Shown here: positions 1 through 9,986 of the stretch, piece by piece
Layout of the letters: each line of letters opens with the position of its first letter
Numbering within the stretch: position 1 is the first letter of the stretch
Sequence record: OP589283.1
Direction: 5' to 3' (one strand)
Length of the DNA stretch: 64,000 nucleotides
The notes under the pieces: model-generated
Told to the model about the DNA's origin: nothing
Databases searched by the model: none
Seen by the model: only the letters and a program-made list of their open reading frames with translations
Made by a program: the position numbers and the translations under genes

Positions 1-2192
1 TCGGTACAATTAAGATGTTCTATATCGACATAAACGATATTGAAAATCTTTCCATGCAAACTGTTCCATTACGGGATTGGATAATTAATTACACAATGCC
101 TGATGGCAAAGTGGTTACAGGAAGTCAATACCTTGATTTATCACCAATGAGTGTTGACCCCGATAACCCCGGAAAATTAAAACAGCTTTATTACACATTT
201 CCTGAGTCCTTATCTGCTAGTGGTGGTGGTTATCGTTCTGTCAACGTAATTTCAACAATTAATCCAGATGATGACACAGAGTCTATTATTAACGTGAATC
301 GTTCTTTTTATTTTACGTATCGCGATTCTAATAATGTGCTGCGTTCTCATGGAGGGACATCAAACGAAGTTATCTGGAAACGTGTGGATGACACATTCTC
401 TCTGTTAGACTGTACCCCTATTACCGACATGAATTTAGGTAATTTGGGATTTACGTTACAACCCACAGCAAACGAAAGAACATCAGTTTTCGCCAACCAA
501 TGTAGTAGTATGCTTTCAAATGGTTGGCGGGCAACGTGTCGTTCCGGTAATGAAGACCACGGATGGAATAATGCGATGTTTACAGAGCGCTCCAACAAAA
601 CACCATGGGAGTGGTTGTCAAAATGTTCCTACACTGCTAACCACACCATCAATCGCATCGGTAGTAAAGAGACGTTTAATCCTCCAATGAAACGTGGTAT
701 TAAACCGCTTGAATTAACATGGACAAGAGATGGTTATGAAGTTACCCATCTTAAATCCCAGAATGGTGCCGCCACTAAGACAAAGGTAAAACTACACGAC
801 ACTAATGCAACTGCTAATTTACCTTTCTTCAATTGGGAAGTAAGACCTGAGGTTAACTTAAAAGAAAACTTAATGTCTCTTCCTATCCCCACAACCGATC
901 AAGAAACCGAAATTGCGGATTCCTTTGTTAGACCTAATTCTAACATTACTGGTGACGCAGCTTTTCTTTCTTCTGTTAGTGCGGGTTATGGTTTAAACAT
1001 AAAGGGGAATTGGGGGCAAAACAGAAGTGTCGGAGGATTATACGCATTTGACCCAGCATTAATAGCGGGAACTGACGATGGTGTGTTGCTTTATGATAGT
1101 GCGGGTGATTTATTGTATTATCCATCTACCATTGTAAACCAACTGAAGGGATTGGTAGAAGGTGCAGGCGTGCACCCTGTTAAAGGTGTAAGCATTTGTG
1201 ACTTAACTGCCAACGTTAACAAAAACTCTGGTTACTCAGGAAGCTGGAATCCAAATCTCAGTATTGTTGTAGTGACTTATGGTAAGTACGTTCCTTCCGC
1301 ACCCTCTAAGTTTGGACGAATGTTTGTTATACGACCAGTAATTTCTAACAACACTGGAAACTTGTATAATCCTAACTATCCTCGAATTGTAACTGGTTAC
1401 ACAATCTTGGATTCTACACCAGAACGTCAATTTAGTTCTACTGAAGCGCAAATGACGGAAACTACTTGGTCTCTTTCTACTTTAGGGCCTAGTGGTTCAC
1501 AACGTCGCATGTTCCAAGGTTATGTTTCAGGCAATATGATGGATTTTGCATTTGAAACCATGATGTATTCTGCCGTAACTGGTAATGGATTAACCAATTC
1601 TTTTTTAGGAAGAATCGACCTATCAACAGGGTTGCTGGAAAGTTACAATCACTATGCGTTAGGACCCGCTTGGAACACAAATGCAAAACTCGCGGTACCT
1701 CGTGTGGGGTTGATGACTACTTCTAATTCCCCGGTGGATTACGGAGGTTGCGCTCTACTTGCCAGTTTTAACAGCGTCACTTACTGTTTGTACAACACCT
1801 ATCTGAAAGATGGCTGGTTTGTCTATATTGCAGAATGTGACGTTGTGTTTAACGGGATTAAGGTTCATATCCCTGCTACGGTTATCGATGTTCGAACAGT
1901 TGACCCAAATTATCTCAACCAACGTTTTTATATTTACGTTTATTGGGATGGCAGAAGACCTGCTTATTTTTACTTAAGTAAGTTAAAATTTGCAGAGTCG
2001 GTTTGGCAAATGTGGGTTGGGACTGTTGATACAGATGCTTCAGGTATCAAGACTATTACTCGTCAAAACGTATTATCGTTAAACGGGATAAGAATCGGTA
2101 CTGAAAGAGGGGGTGGTACGATTATGGGGAGTTTGGGTTCTGTCAATTCATTTGGTAGTATCCCTTGGTTCTCGAGAGATGATATTGTGTAG
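1..2192 (+). CDS. Tail fibre / tail-associated virion protein, 5'-truncated (C-terminal part)
   Basis: The frame is open upstream of the ATG at 15 (ggt aca att aag), so the gene likely starts before the window. It is beta-rich and rich in G/S/T/N. Its C-terminal module (FYIYV...ESVWQMWVGTV...LSLNGIRIGTERGGGTIMGS) resembles modules in the next two genes. Confidence 0.65.
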   Translation, partial: GTIKMFYIDINDIENLSMQTVPLRDWIINYTMPDGKVVTGSQYLDLSPMSVDPDNPGKLKQLYYTFPESLSASGGGYRSVNVISTINPDDDTESIINVNRSFYFTYRDSNNVLRSHGGTSNEVIWKRVDDTFSLLDCTPITDMNLGNLGFTLQPTANERTSVFANQCSSMLSNGWRATCRSGNEDHGWNNAMFTERSNKTPWEWLSKCSYTANHTINRIGSKETFNPPMKRGIKPLELTWTRDGYEVTHLKSQNGAATKTKVKLHDTNATANLPFFNWEVRPEVNLKENLMSLPIPTTDQETEIADSFVRPNSNITGDAAFLSSVSAGYGLNIKGNWGQNRSVGGLYAFDPALIAGTDDGVLLYDSAGDLLYYPSTIVNQLKGLVEGAGVHPVKGVSICDLTANVNKNSGYSGSWNPNLSIVVVTYGKYVPSAPSKFGRMFVIRPVISNNTGNLYNPNYPRIVTGYTILDSTPERQFSSTEAQMTETTWSLSTLGPSGSQRRMFQGYVSGNMMDFAFETMMYSAVTGNGLTNSFLGRIDLSTGLLESYNHYALGPAWNTNAKLAVPRVGLMTTSNSPVDYGGCALLASFNSVTYCLYNTYLKDGWFVYIAECDVVFNGIKVHIPATVIDVRTVDPNYLNQRFYIYVYWDGRRPAYFYLSKLKFAESVWQMWVGTVDTDASGIKTITRQNVLSLNGIRIGTERGGGTIMGSLGSVNSFGSIPWFSRDDIV

Positions 2193-2197
2193 TCATT

Positions 2198-2235
2198 AAG
2201 AAACTAGGAGGGGGTAATACCTTTCCTAGTTCTTT
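2198..2235 (+). terminator. Intrinsic terminator-like hairpin
   Basis: Inverted repeat aagaaactaggagggggt-aat-acctttcctagttcttt followed by a T-rich run. Confidence 0.7.
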
Positions 2236-2259
2236 CTTTATTTTTAGTAGGACGGATTT

Positions 2260-3519
2260 ATGTCTATCACGTTACCTAAGTATGATTTAGATGTGTTTGG
2301 GACTAATCCCAAAAACTACATCAAAAATGAAAAGGTGCTTATTGCGGCAAATTGCAAATACCTTATTCCGGATGGTTCTCCTTTCTTTGTCAAAGATGTT
2401 GTATTGACCACTGAACAAGGTGCTATCATTTCCCCTTCAAAATACAAATTAAAGGGACACCAATATTTTATCGACCTCATTGGAAAGACAGGCCAAAAGG
2501 TTTCAGCATTTATTGAAATTACCGATCCTACCATTTTAGCCAACAATGCTTATTTGTTAATGACTTACCGCACTGTAGGTAAATACTACATTCCCCGTAA
2601 TAAAGTGCCTGAGTGGTTAGACGCAATTAAAAATGCGGGTGCAGGGTTGACTTTTGACAAAATCTTACACCTACCGGATTTATTCCCATGGAACTATCAC
2701 AAACATTCTGCGGTAGAAGAAGTGGGTGATTACTACGAACTCACTGACTTCTTCAGAATGATGTTGGGTTCACGCTTGTTGCTTGAAAATAATATCGGTG
2801 GAATGATAGACACTGAATTCAATAACCAACTGAACCGCTTAGCAACATATCGCGATACTTATCATAATGCTTTAATAGCTCACCGTAACAATTATGGTAA
2901 CGCGCACGGCATCACAAAAGCAATGGTGGGGTTAGGGTTAGTTGAGAACTACAGCACTGCTTCAATTTCTGAAGAAGTGGCTGGTGTCAGTTCTACGTTG
3001 TACAGTACGCCATTAGGGGTACGAAGCATGGTGGCGAACAATGTTGCTAACAACGTAAGCTTTTTAGAGAACGGGGTTTTCCCAGTTAGCTATGTTCGTG
3101 ATTTTACTTATTCTATCGCGGGTAGAGTACTCACTATTAATTCAGGTTGTACTGCACTGATTAACGGGACTAAGTATGAAATGCCTTCTGGGACAATTAA
3201 TGTTGACGATTATTTAACCTCATCGCCACAAACATTAAACATTTTTGCTACTCTTGAAAACGGTGTACCTATTTGGATGGTGAACACGAGCACAAACACA
3301 GAGATAAGTGATAACTTTAATCTGATTGTGGCAAAATTGTTGGTGTCTACAATCACGATGCTGATGTCCAGTACATACTCCCCATTTTTAATTGCAAACT
3401 ACGAAGTGACAGATTCATTATCTAAACCCGGTTCTATTGTACACTCATCTGGGTTACCAATGGATGAAGGTGTATATCGGATTCAAGAAAAATACGTTAG
3501 AGACGATCCTTACGCATAA
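2260..3519 (+). CDS. Tail fibre-associated virion protein (phiKZ-like fibre family)
   Basis: Contains the tail-fibre motif HRNNYGNAHGITKAMVGLGLVENY (HxxxxxNPHxVTKxQVGLxxVxN type) and lies between two fibre genes. Confidence 0.65.
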   Translation: MSITLPKYDLDVFGTNPKNYIKNEKVLIAANCKYLIPDGSPFFVKDVVLTTEQGAIISPSKYKLKGHQYFIDLIGKTGQKVSAFIEITDPTILANNAYLLMTYRTVGKYYIPRNKVPEWLDAIKNAGAGLTFDKILHLPDLFPWNYHKHSAVEEVGDYYELTDFFRMMLGSRLLLENNIGGMIDTEFNNQLNRLATYRDTYHNALIAHRNNYGNAHGITKAMVGLGLVENYSTASISEEVAGVSSTLYSTPLGVRSMVANNVANNVSFLENGVFPVSYVRDFTYSIAGRVLTINSGCTALINGTKYEMPSGTINVDDYLTSSPQTLNIFATLENGVPIWMVNTSTNTEISDNFNLIVAKLLVSTITMLMSSTYSPFLIANYEVTDSLSKPGSIVHSSGLPMDEGVYRIQEKYVRDDPYA

Positions 3520-3533
3520 CAGCGAGGTAAAAA

Positions 3534-6500
3534 ATGATTGATATTGATAAATGGGGGGCACCCCCACCAATTACAGATAATGTAAATCATGGGGATTTAT
3601 TAAAAGCATTGAATACATTGGGATTTAAGATTCAAACCAATGATGCGGTTTACGGTACTAAACCTTACCAAGTGCTTCAAGAAGTCACTACTAAGGTAAA
3701 TGATTTTTTACCTTATGTAAAAACCTTAATTGAAAATCACACCAATAAAGTAGGGATAAGTCACGGTGAAACAAAAGCCACAACAGGATTGAGCGATAAA
3801 GATAACTACCGCATGGCGACTATTGATGAATGTAAAACATTTGCAAATGTAAGCGCATTTGTTCATCCAGCAGGTGTTAAAGCCACACTGGATAACATCA
3901 CTCTCGACCTTAGTGGGCGTTTCCAAGAAAATGATTTATACCCTATAGCTGTCATTAGCAATCAATTGATGTTTAAACATGCACCATTTGATTCTGTTAA
4001 ACGCGCGGTAGTTGGTCTAGGTCAAGGGACAGTTGGGGTTTACAAAGATTGTTTATTATTGTCACCAAAACAAAATGGTAACATAAACAACACTTTCTCT
4101 ATTTTTAAAGGTTTCAATCAAGCGGCGGGTGTAAATAATCGTTTCTATGATACTGGTGGGATTAAAAACGGAATTGTTGCAACATCTGAAAACGCAGAGA
4201 TTTTTCAACAGATCGGTGAAACCGCCGCGGGGGCGACAACACTCCCCTTCCCGCTCAAAAATATTACAAAGCAATTAACTGTGCAACGTCCTGCAACGTT
4301 AAAATCTTCTAATCGTTTTAACGGACTTATGGGAGGTAGTTTTCGTTCTGCATCCGGTAACACAGTATATTGTTATTTTGCTACAGCGGATAAAGAAGCC
4401 TATCCTGATAACCGTTATGCATATTTACACCACTACACGCGTGCCATAGGTTCAACCGGTGCTGAAGTGTTGTTATCGTTTAATCCTACCTATACGGGTG
4501 GTGGGAGTACGTTATTTAACAACATGACAACCAACGGCACATTAGACAGTGGCACACACATTGGTATCAACATAAACAACATCTGTACAAGCAATGATCC
4601 TGATGTGGTACTGACGTTTGAAAAATATATTGCTAGCACATGCTGGGAGGTAATGGATAAAAGTTACATTATCAGATTACACGGGGTGATTAAGCATCAA
4701 AATAACCGCACTAATAAAACGTTGTTTGTTCATTTTAGTTGTGCGTTCCGTTGCCAAATCACGTTAGCACCATTCGTTGATAGAAAACTTGATTTATCTC
4801 CAGTATATTTTTATACCCCCACAGTGTTAAACGAGAAGAACCTTGCTAGTTTCAATTTTGGTTACACTCGTTTAATCGAAAAAGGCAGCGTTATCGACAC
4901 CATAACACACTCAGGTAGCATGATTAAAGGTGGGTTGTATGTTCGTCTATTAACACACATGCAACACAGCTACGTGCATTACAGTCGCTTTACCGACATT
5001 AATTCGGTGTTGGATTATTTTAAAACCCCTATTAATTCACTTGAAGCGACCTGGGTTAATACGGTTCCGTTAGCACACACTGGTTTGAGCCCCATCGGAA
5101 ATACACCACAACGTTTGATACCTGTTGAGTATGACGATAGTGGGTTTAAAGTGCTAAGCTTTGGATTAGACAATTCTGTTGCTGGTTTTTCATGGTCTTT
5201 GTTAACATGGAAAGATAAAACATTAACGCCCTTTAGAGCAAGTTTCTTAACACCTAGTAAAGGCGAAAGAATAGACACCAGCAAAGTAGTCCCATCCAGC
5301 ATTGCATGTTTTTCAGGTACGGAGGGTGTGAGTTACCATGGGTTAAATTTTGTGTCTTGTAATCGATACACGGGGGTTGCCGGATTACAATTTGAAAACA
5401 GCGCTTTTAAATATGCAAGCGAGGTTAAATTAAATCCTGCTAATTTGTCTGGGTTAATGAAACTCGAAGAAGCTTTTATTGGTAGAGCCAAAACGTACTA
5501 TGCTTCTGCTGGTAAAGTGGATAAATTCCTTGAATTTGAAGTAGGGGTATTTACCATTAATAGCGGATTAACCACCAAGAATAATGCATTAGTTGTATTA
5601 TCTGATGGTTTTGGTTATCTTGAGATGGGGATAGCTAATTACAGTATCAATAGTGGAATATACAACATAACCACACCCATTGATTCGATCTCTTTTTCTA
5701 TTATTACCCCGAATAGTAAGCCCTCTCGGTTTGTTGGGGAACTTGAAAAAGAAGACACTTACAAGATCCCAAGCACTTTTTCTGATATGAGTGTTTATGT
5801 TTATGACACGGGTGAATTAGTTATTTCATTTAACCGACCATGGGGAGACCATCGAATAGGTAAAGCGACGGTGCATATTCAAAGATATAATGCTGATGCA
5901 CTTACAATGGAGTGTACAAGCAGATTTGTTACACCTGTTAAACTGGTGGGAGGGGAAACCCCCGCAGGAGTATTGTTAACAGAAGCACAATTAAATGATC
6001 TTTATCAATCTGCTTGGACTGAGTTCCCTATTGTAAACAGCGCTGCGTTTGAAGCATTTGATATTGCAATACCCGGCAAAGGTATGTATTGTAACAGATG
6101 GGCGATGACAGGAGGAATTGGGTTAAAACGTCACTTTGTAATTAGCGCTGATAAGGCTGAAAACTCATCAGTCGATTTTGATTACATTCAACCAGGTGAT
6201 ATTGTTGTTCCTAGTGGGTATCCTGTGGTGTTAGCAGGTAGAGCGATGAAAACGTATCGTGATACTTCTCGTAGTGCTTTAAGTAACAGTGCTTGGTTTA
6301 AATACTACTTAAAGAGAGACGGATTCAATTTAAATGTTGAGTCTTCGACTATGGAGCTTGAACCTCGTTCAGACTACATCGAAATAGCTAACTACAACAC
6401 CGCATTAGCGGGGTACACATTAACCGAAAACGAACTCACTGTTAACGGATTGAAATTAAGTTATGAACGTAAGGGGAGTTGTTTCCCCATCAGTCAGTTT

Positions 6501-9500
6501 TATGATGGAGTGGGTAATGAACTGTATGGATTTTTCTATTACAACGACTCCCCACATTACCCACCTAAGTTTGAGGTAGATTTGCCAACATCAAAAACGG
6601 TGTATGCCACACAAAATGGTGCGTATTCTGTAGATATCTATTCTCGGGTACCTCCTATTGCTGTTGACTGGTATGTTCAAAAACCCGGTAATGCGGCAGT
6701 AAAGGTAGCTGACCAAGTACCAGCTTCGGCATTAGGAAATAATTTGTATCGTTGTTCAATTAATTACCCATTTGAACATTGGAATTTGACAGGAAGTAAA
6801 GTGTGGTGTGAAGCATTCGATGAGCGCCCATTATCTACGTTAAGTGCGGTATGTAACGTTACTGTCACAATACCTATTCTGCGTTTTACAACTGATTTAC
6901 CTGCGACGTCTTCAGTTGACTACAACGGTAATATAACGTATTCAGTAGTAGCAGAATCCCAAGCGGGTGTGGTGCAATATCAATGGTACCAACGTGTAGG
7001 TGGTAATGTCAACCAAATAGGAGGAGACGCAAGTTCTGTAACTTTGTTTAATCAAGTGACGATGTTTAACAACTCAGAAATTTGGTGTGAGGTTAAGGAT
7101 CTAAGTGGTCAAAAAATTACATCAACTGTTTGTAGACAAACAGTGAGACAACCTCACTTGTCGTTTATCACAAACAACGTGTCAACTAAGACTGTTATGG
7201 AAGGGGGCACAACACAACTTTCAGTGGCTGTTAATTCTGAAGTGGGTGTGACACAATATCAGTGGTATATGAGGAAAGGAGGCACTACTACTCCGATTGG
7301 AGGTAATGACCGCGTGCTCACTATTCTTAGAGCGGATTATGCTTGGAATACAGGTGAATTGTTTGTGGTTGTTACAGATAACGTCGGACAACAGATTACG
7401 TCTGTGTCTTGTGTGTTGACTGTAATTAAAGCAGTACTTGCGTTTACCGTTCAACCTGCTAACACCACGGTTGCATGGGATGGTACAGCAAACTTCTCAA
7501 CGACGGTTAATTCAAACATCGGAAGTTTGGTGTATGTCTGGAAGTTAGACGGAACAGTTGTTGGTGGCAATAGCAACACGTTATCTCTGCCTAATCGTAG
7601 AGCTAATGGAACAGTTGTGGTCGAAGTTACTGACGGATTTGGTAACAAGATTACATCCAATGTGGTATCGTTAACGGTTAATCCACCAACACTGGTGTTT
7701 ACTACTAACAACGTTACAGCTAAGTCAGTTAACTACTACGAAGGTACTAACTTCTCCGTCGCTGTCAACTCACAAGCTGGTGTAGCTGCTTACCAATGGT
7801 TTAGGAAAAGAGGTGCAAACACAGACCTTGTCGGTGGTAATGCCTCGTTGACTTTAAACAATCTCGTGACTACGGATAACGGTGCGACTGTATGGTGCGA
7901 AGTAACAGACCTCGCAGGCTTCAAGATTACGTCAGCGGTCTGCACACTCACCGTTAACAACCCATACATCGTGACTGACTTAGTGGATAGAGTGTACCAT
8001 TACGCGTCTCCAACAGCAAAACGATTCACCTTTACTGTTGAAGCTCATAGTGGGACACCTGGATACAAGTGGTATAAAGTAACTGGGACTAACACACACA
8101 CTGAACTCACTCAGGGCATTAGTTCATCAGGAGAAACATCACATTTAGATTATGTGTTAAATAATGGAAATGAAGAAAGTCATTATGTTTACTGTGTGGC
8201 TACATTCAATGATGGTTTCACACTAACCTCTAAGATGAACTTCATTGTCATAGCAAGTTACCCATACATTTCTGTCGACTTAAATGAAAACGGAGGAAAT
8301 GTTAAACCCGGTGAAACGAAGAGTTTCAGAATCATCTTCCATGGAGGGTTCAGTGACTTTAACTACACTTGGTATAAACGTTATACACCACCGAATGGTA
8401 CACCGGTTACTACGACTGAAAGCGGTACAGATGGCAGGGATATCACTCTGACATTCCCATTAACAGGGGCGCCAGGTGGTTCGTGGAGTGTCTGGTGTGA
8501 AGCAACTGGCATGCTGTTAGGTGAAAGGTTAACAAGTAAGACGCAGAGTGTCGGAATGGTTAACCCGTTAGTTGTAACTTATCCGTTACCTAACATCAGT
8601 GCGTCAATTAGCTGGCTTGAACCAACTCAGTTCTTCTTTGCTGTTGATTCTGATGGTGGACCATACACATTCACGTGGTCTCACGGAACGCAAATAATGA
8701 GCAGCGGAAACGCCACTCTGATGGAAATACCGGCCCAAGGAGTCCCCAATGGTACGACATTAACACTAAAAGTTAAAGACCCAAGCGGGTTCGAAACAAC
8801 GTTTAGTACGTTAATTTTACTAAGTACAATTGAAGGTCAGCAAGCCTCGTTCAGCCCTCAATTCCCTGTCGCACTACCAGCATACAGAGATAGTACTGAC
8901 CCGTCAGATATGATTGCCTTTAAGGTGCATCATCCGGTTGATACAAAACCATTGTCATCATTCTTCTGGGTTGATGGTATAAGTGATTATACGACGGATT
9001 TTGTCCTGTCTAATCAGCAAAACTTCAAAGCACTAACGTACACACCAAAATATGTCGCGTTAGACAACGTTGGTGGATTGAGGGGGATGGCTAAGTATGA
9101 AAGTTCCATGGAACTTAGGTCAACACGGTGTGATGTGGTGAGTGTGCCTGTTAAGAATGATGGCTATGGATTAGCCGATTTCACAGTAAACACAGTAACA
9201 CGTCAGTACACGTTGAATATTCCAGCAAATCTAGGAAGATTCCCTTACGCATTGTTTATCTATTACATAGATAGAACACAATCTACTGATATTTACAAGA
9301 CTACTCCTAAACAACTCTTCAGTAAGTTGACTGTTGCTTCATCAGAAGTTATAACTGGTACACTACCGTCTGAATTAGTTGGGAAGGACGTGGAATTGTA
9401 CGCTGTAGCGTTTGATGCAAGAGGTAAGTGGTACACGTCATCAGCTAAGACTGTCAAGATAACCGGGGAGATACTAGATACATTTAGAGGGTACCATAAC

Positions 9501-9911
9501 GTCTATTCGGATGGCAACAACCCAGGTAAACTTGCACAGGCCACAACTAACTTCCTTACAAATGGAGAGATGGTGTGTCCTACCTACTCAGCACATAATA
9601 AACGCTGGAAGGTGGACACGTCAACAACCCCTAATTATTCTATCCGATATTTGTCAATCAACTCTACGTCAAATGAAGATATGAATGAAACCCCACCTGT
9701 AAACACAAACGTCACCACGAGTTTCCAGAAGATCAATCAAACGATGTATTTCTCAATATCTACGTATACACCTGGTTGGGATGGGGAACACGTCGCAGAA
9801 GCTGACATCGTCATAGAGATTAAAAATGACGTTACTGGGGTGGTAAGTAAGTATGAAGTTTATTTATTGGCTGTGGCAGGAAGACATGGAGGAGGAGGTG
9901 AAATACCATAA
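3534..9911 (+). CDS. Giant tail fibre / adhesin (2125 aa) with about 8 tandem Ig-like domains
   Basis: N-terminal fibre motif HTNKVGISHGETKATTGLSDKDNY. Repeated Ig-like units of the form F(T)xxL...TV...F/YSV...YQW(Y/F)...G...L......xxWCEVxD...ITSxxCxxTV. Confidence 0.8.
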   Translation: MIDIDKWGAPPPITDNVNHGDLLKALNTLGFKIQTNDAVYGTKPYQVLQEVTTKVNDFLPYVKTLIENHTNKVGISHGETKATTGLSDKDNYRMATIDECKTFANVSAFVHPAGVKATLDNITLDLSGRFQENDLYPIAVISNQLMFKHAPFDSVKRAVVGLGQGTVGVYKDCLLLSPKQNGNINNTFSIFKGFNQAAGVNNRFYDTGGIKNGIVATSENAEIFQQIGETAAGATTLPFPLKNITKQLTVQRPATLKSSNRFNGLMGGSFRSASGNTVYCYFATADKEAYPDNRYAYLHHYTRAIGSTGAEVLLSFNPTYTGGGSTLFNNMTTNGTLDSGTHIGININNICTSNDPDVVLTFEKYIASTCWEVMDKSYIIRLHGVIKHQNNRTNKTLFVHFSCAFRCQITLAPFVDRKLDLSPVYFYTPTVLNEKNLASFNFGYTRLIEKGSVIDTITHSGSMIKGGLYVRLLTHMQHSYVHYSRFTDINSVLDYFKTPINSLEATWVNTVPLAHTGLSPIGNTPQRLIPVEYDDSGFKVLSFGLDNSVAGFSWSLLTWKDKTLTPFRASFLTPSKGERIDTSKVVPSSIACFSGTEGVSYHGLNFVSCNRYTGVAGLQFENSAFKYASEVKLNPANLSGLMKLEEAFIGRAKTYYASAGKVDKFLEFEVGVFTINSGLTTKNNALVVLSDGFGYLEMGIANYSINSGIYNITTPIDSISFSIITPNSKPSRFVGELEKEDTYKIPSTFSDMSVYVYDTGELVISFNRPWGDHRIGKATVHIQRYNADALTMECTSRFVTPVKLVGGETPAGVLLTEAQLNDLYQSAWTEFPIVNSAAFEAFDIAIPGKGMYCNRWAMTGGIGLKRHFVISADKAENSSVDFDYIQPGDIVVPSGYPVVLAGRAMKTYRDTSRSALSNSAWFKYYLKRDGFNLNVESSTMELEPRSDYIEIANYNTALAGYTLTENELTVNGLKLSYERKGSCFPISQFYDGVGNELYGFFYYNDSPHYPPKFEVDLPTSKTVYATQNGAYSVDIYSRVPPIAVDWYVQKPGNAAVKVADQVPASALGNNLYRCSINYPFEHWNLTGSKVWCEAFDERPLSTLSAVCNVTVTIPILRFTTDLPATSSVDYNGNITYSVVAESQAGVVQYQWYQRVGGNVNQIGGDASSVTLFNQVTMFNNSEIWCEVKDLSGQKITSTVCRQTVRQPHLSFITNNVSTKTVMEGGTTQLSVAVNSEVGVTQYQWYMRKGGTTTPIGGNDRVLTILRADYAWNTGELFVVVTDNVGQQITSVSCVLTVIKAVLAFTVQPANTTVAWDGTANFSTTVNSNIGSLVYVWKLDGTVVGGNSNTLSLPNRRANGTVVVEVTDGFGNKITSNVVSLTVNPPTLVFTTNNVTAKSVNYYEGTNFSVAVNSQAGVAAYQWFRKRGANTDLVGGNASLTLNNLVTTDNGATVWCEVTDLAGFKITSAVCTLTVNNPYIVTDLVDRVYHYASPTAKRFTFTVEAHSGTPGYKWYKVTGTNTHTELTQGISSSGETSHLDYVLNNGNEESHYVYCVATFNDGFTLTSKMNFIVIASYPYISVDLNENGGNVKPGETKSFRIIFHGGFSDFNYTWYKRYTPPNGTPVTTTESGTDGRDITLTFPLTGAPGGSWSVWCEATGMLLGERLTSKTQSVGMVNPLVVTYPLPNISASISWLEPTQFFFAVDSDGGPYTFTWSHGTQIMSSGNATLMEIPAQGVPNGTTLTLKVKDPSGFETTFSTLILLSTIEGQQASFSPQFPVALPAYRDSTDPSDMIAFKVHHPVDTKPLSSFFWVDGISDYTTDFVLSNQQNFKALTYTPKYVALDNVGGLRGMAKYESSMELRSTRCDVVSVPVKNDGYGLADFTVNTVTRQYTLNIPANLGRFPYALFIYYIDRTQSTDIYKTTPKQLFSKLTVASSEVITGTLPSELVGKDVELYAVAFDARGKWYTSSAKTVKITGEILDTFRGYHNVYSDGNNPGKLAQATTNFLTNGEMVCPTYSAHNKRWKVDTSTTPNYSIRYLSINSTSNEDMNETPPVNTNVTTSFQKINQTMYFSISTYTPGWDGEHVAEADIVIEIKNDVTGVVSKYEVYLLAVAGRHGGGGEIP
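6560..8830 (+). repeat. Tandem Ig-like (I-set-like) domain repeats within the giant fibre
   Basis: Units begin PKFEVDLP, LRFTTDLP, LSFITNNV, LAFTVQPA, LVFTTNNV, PYIVTDLV, PYISVDLN and PLVVTYPL. Each has a conserved Trp strand (DWYV, QWYQ, QWYM, VWKL, QWFR, KWYK, TWYK, TWSH). Boundaries are approximate. Confidence 0.75.
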
Positions 9912-9935
9912 ACTTAATTAGCTAGACGTTTAACT

Positions 9936-9972
9936 ATAACTCCTACTGGCCGGTAAAGCCAGTAGGAGTTAT
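9936..9972. terminator. Bidirectional terminator hairpin between convergent genes
   Basis: ataactcctactggc-cggtaaa-gccagtaggagttat. Confidence 0.8.
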
Positions 9973-9986
9973 ATACCTTTATGAAA

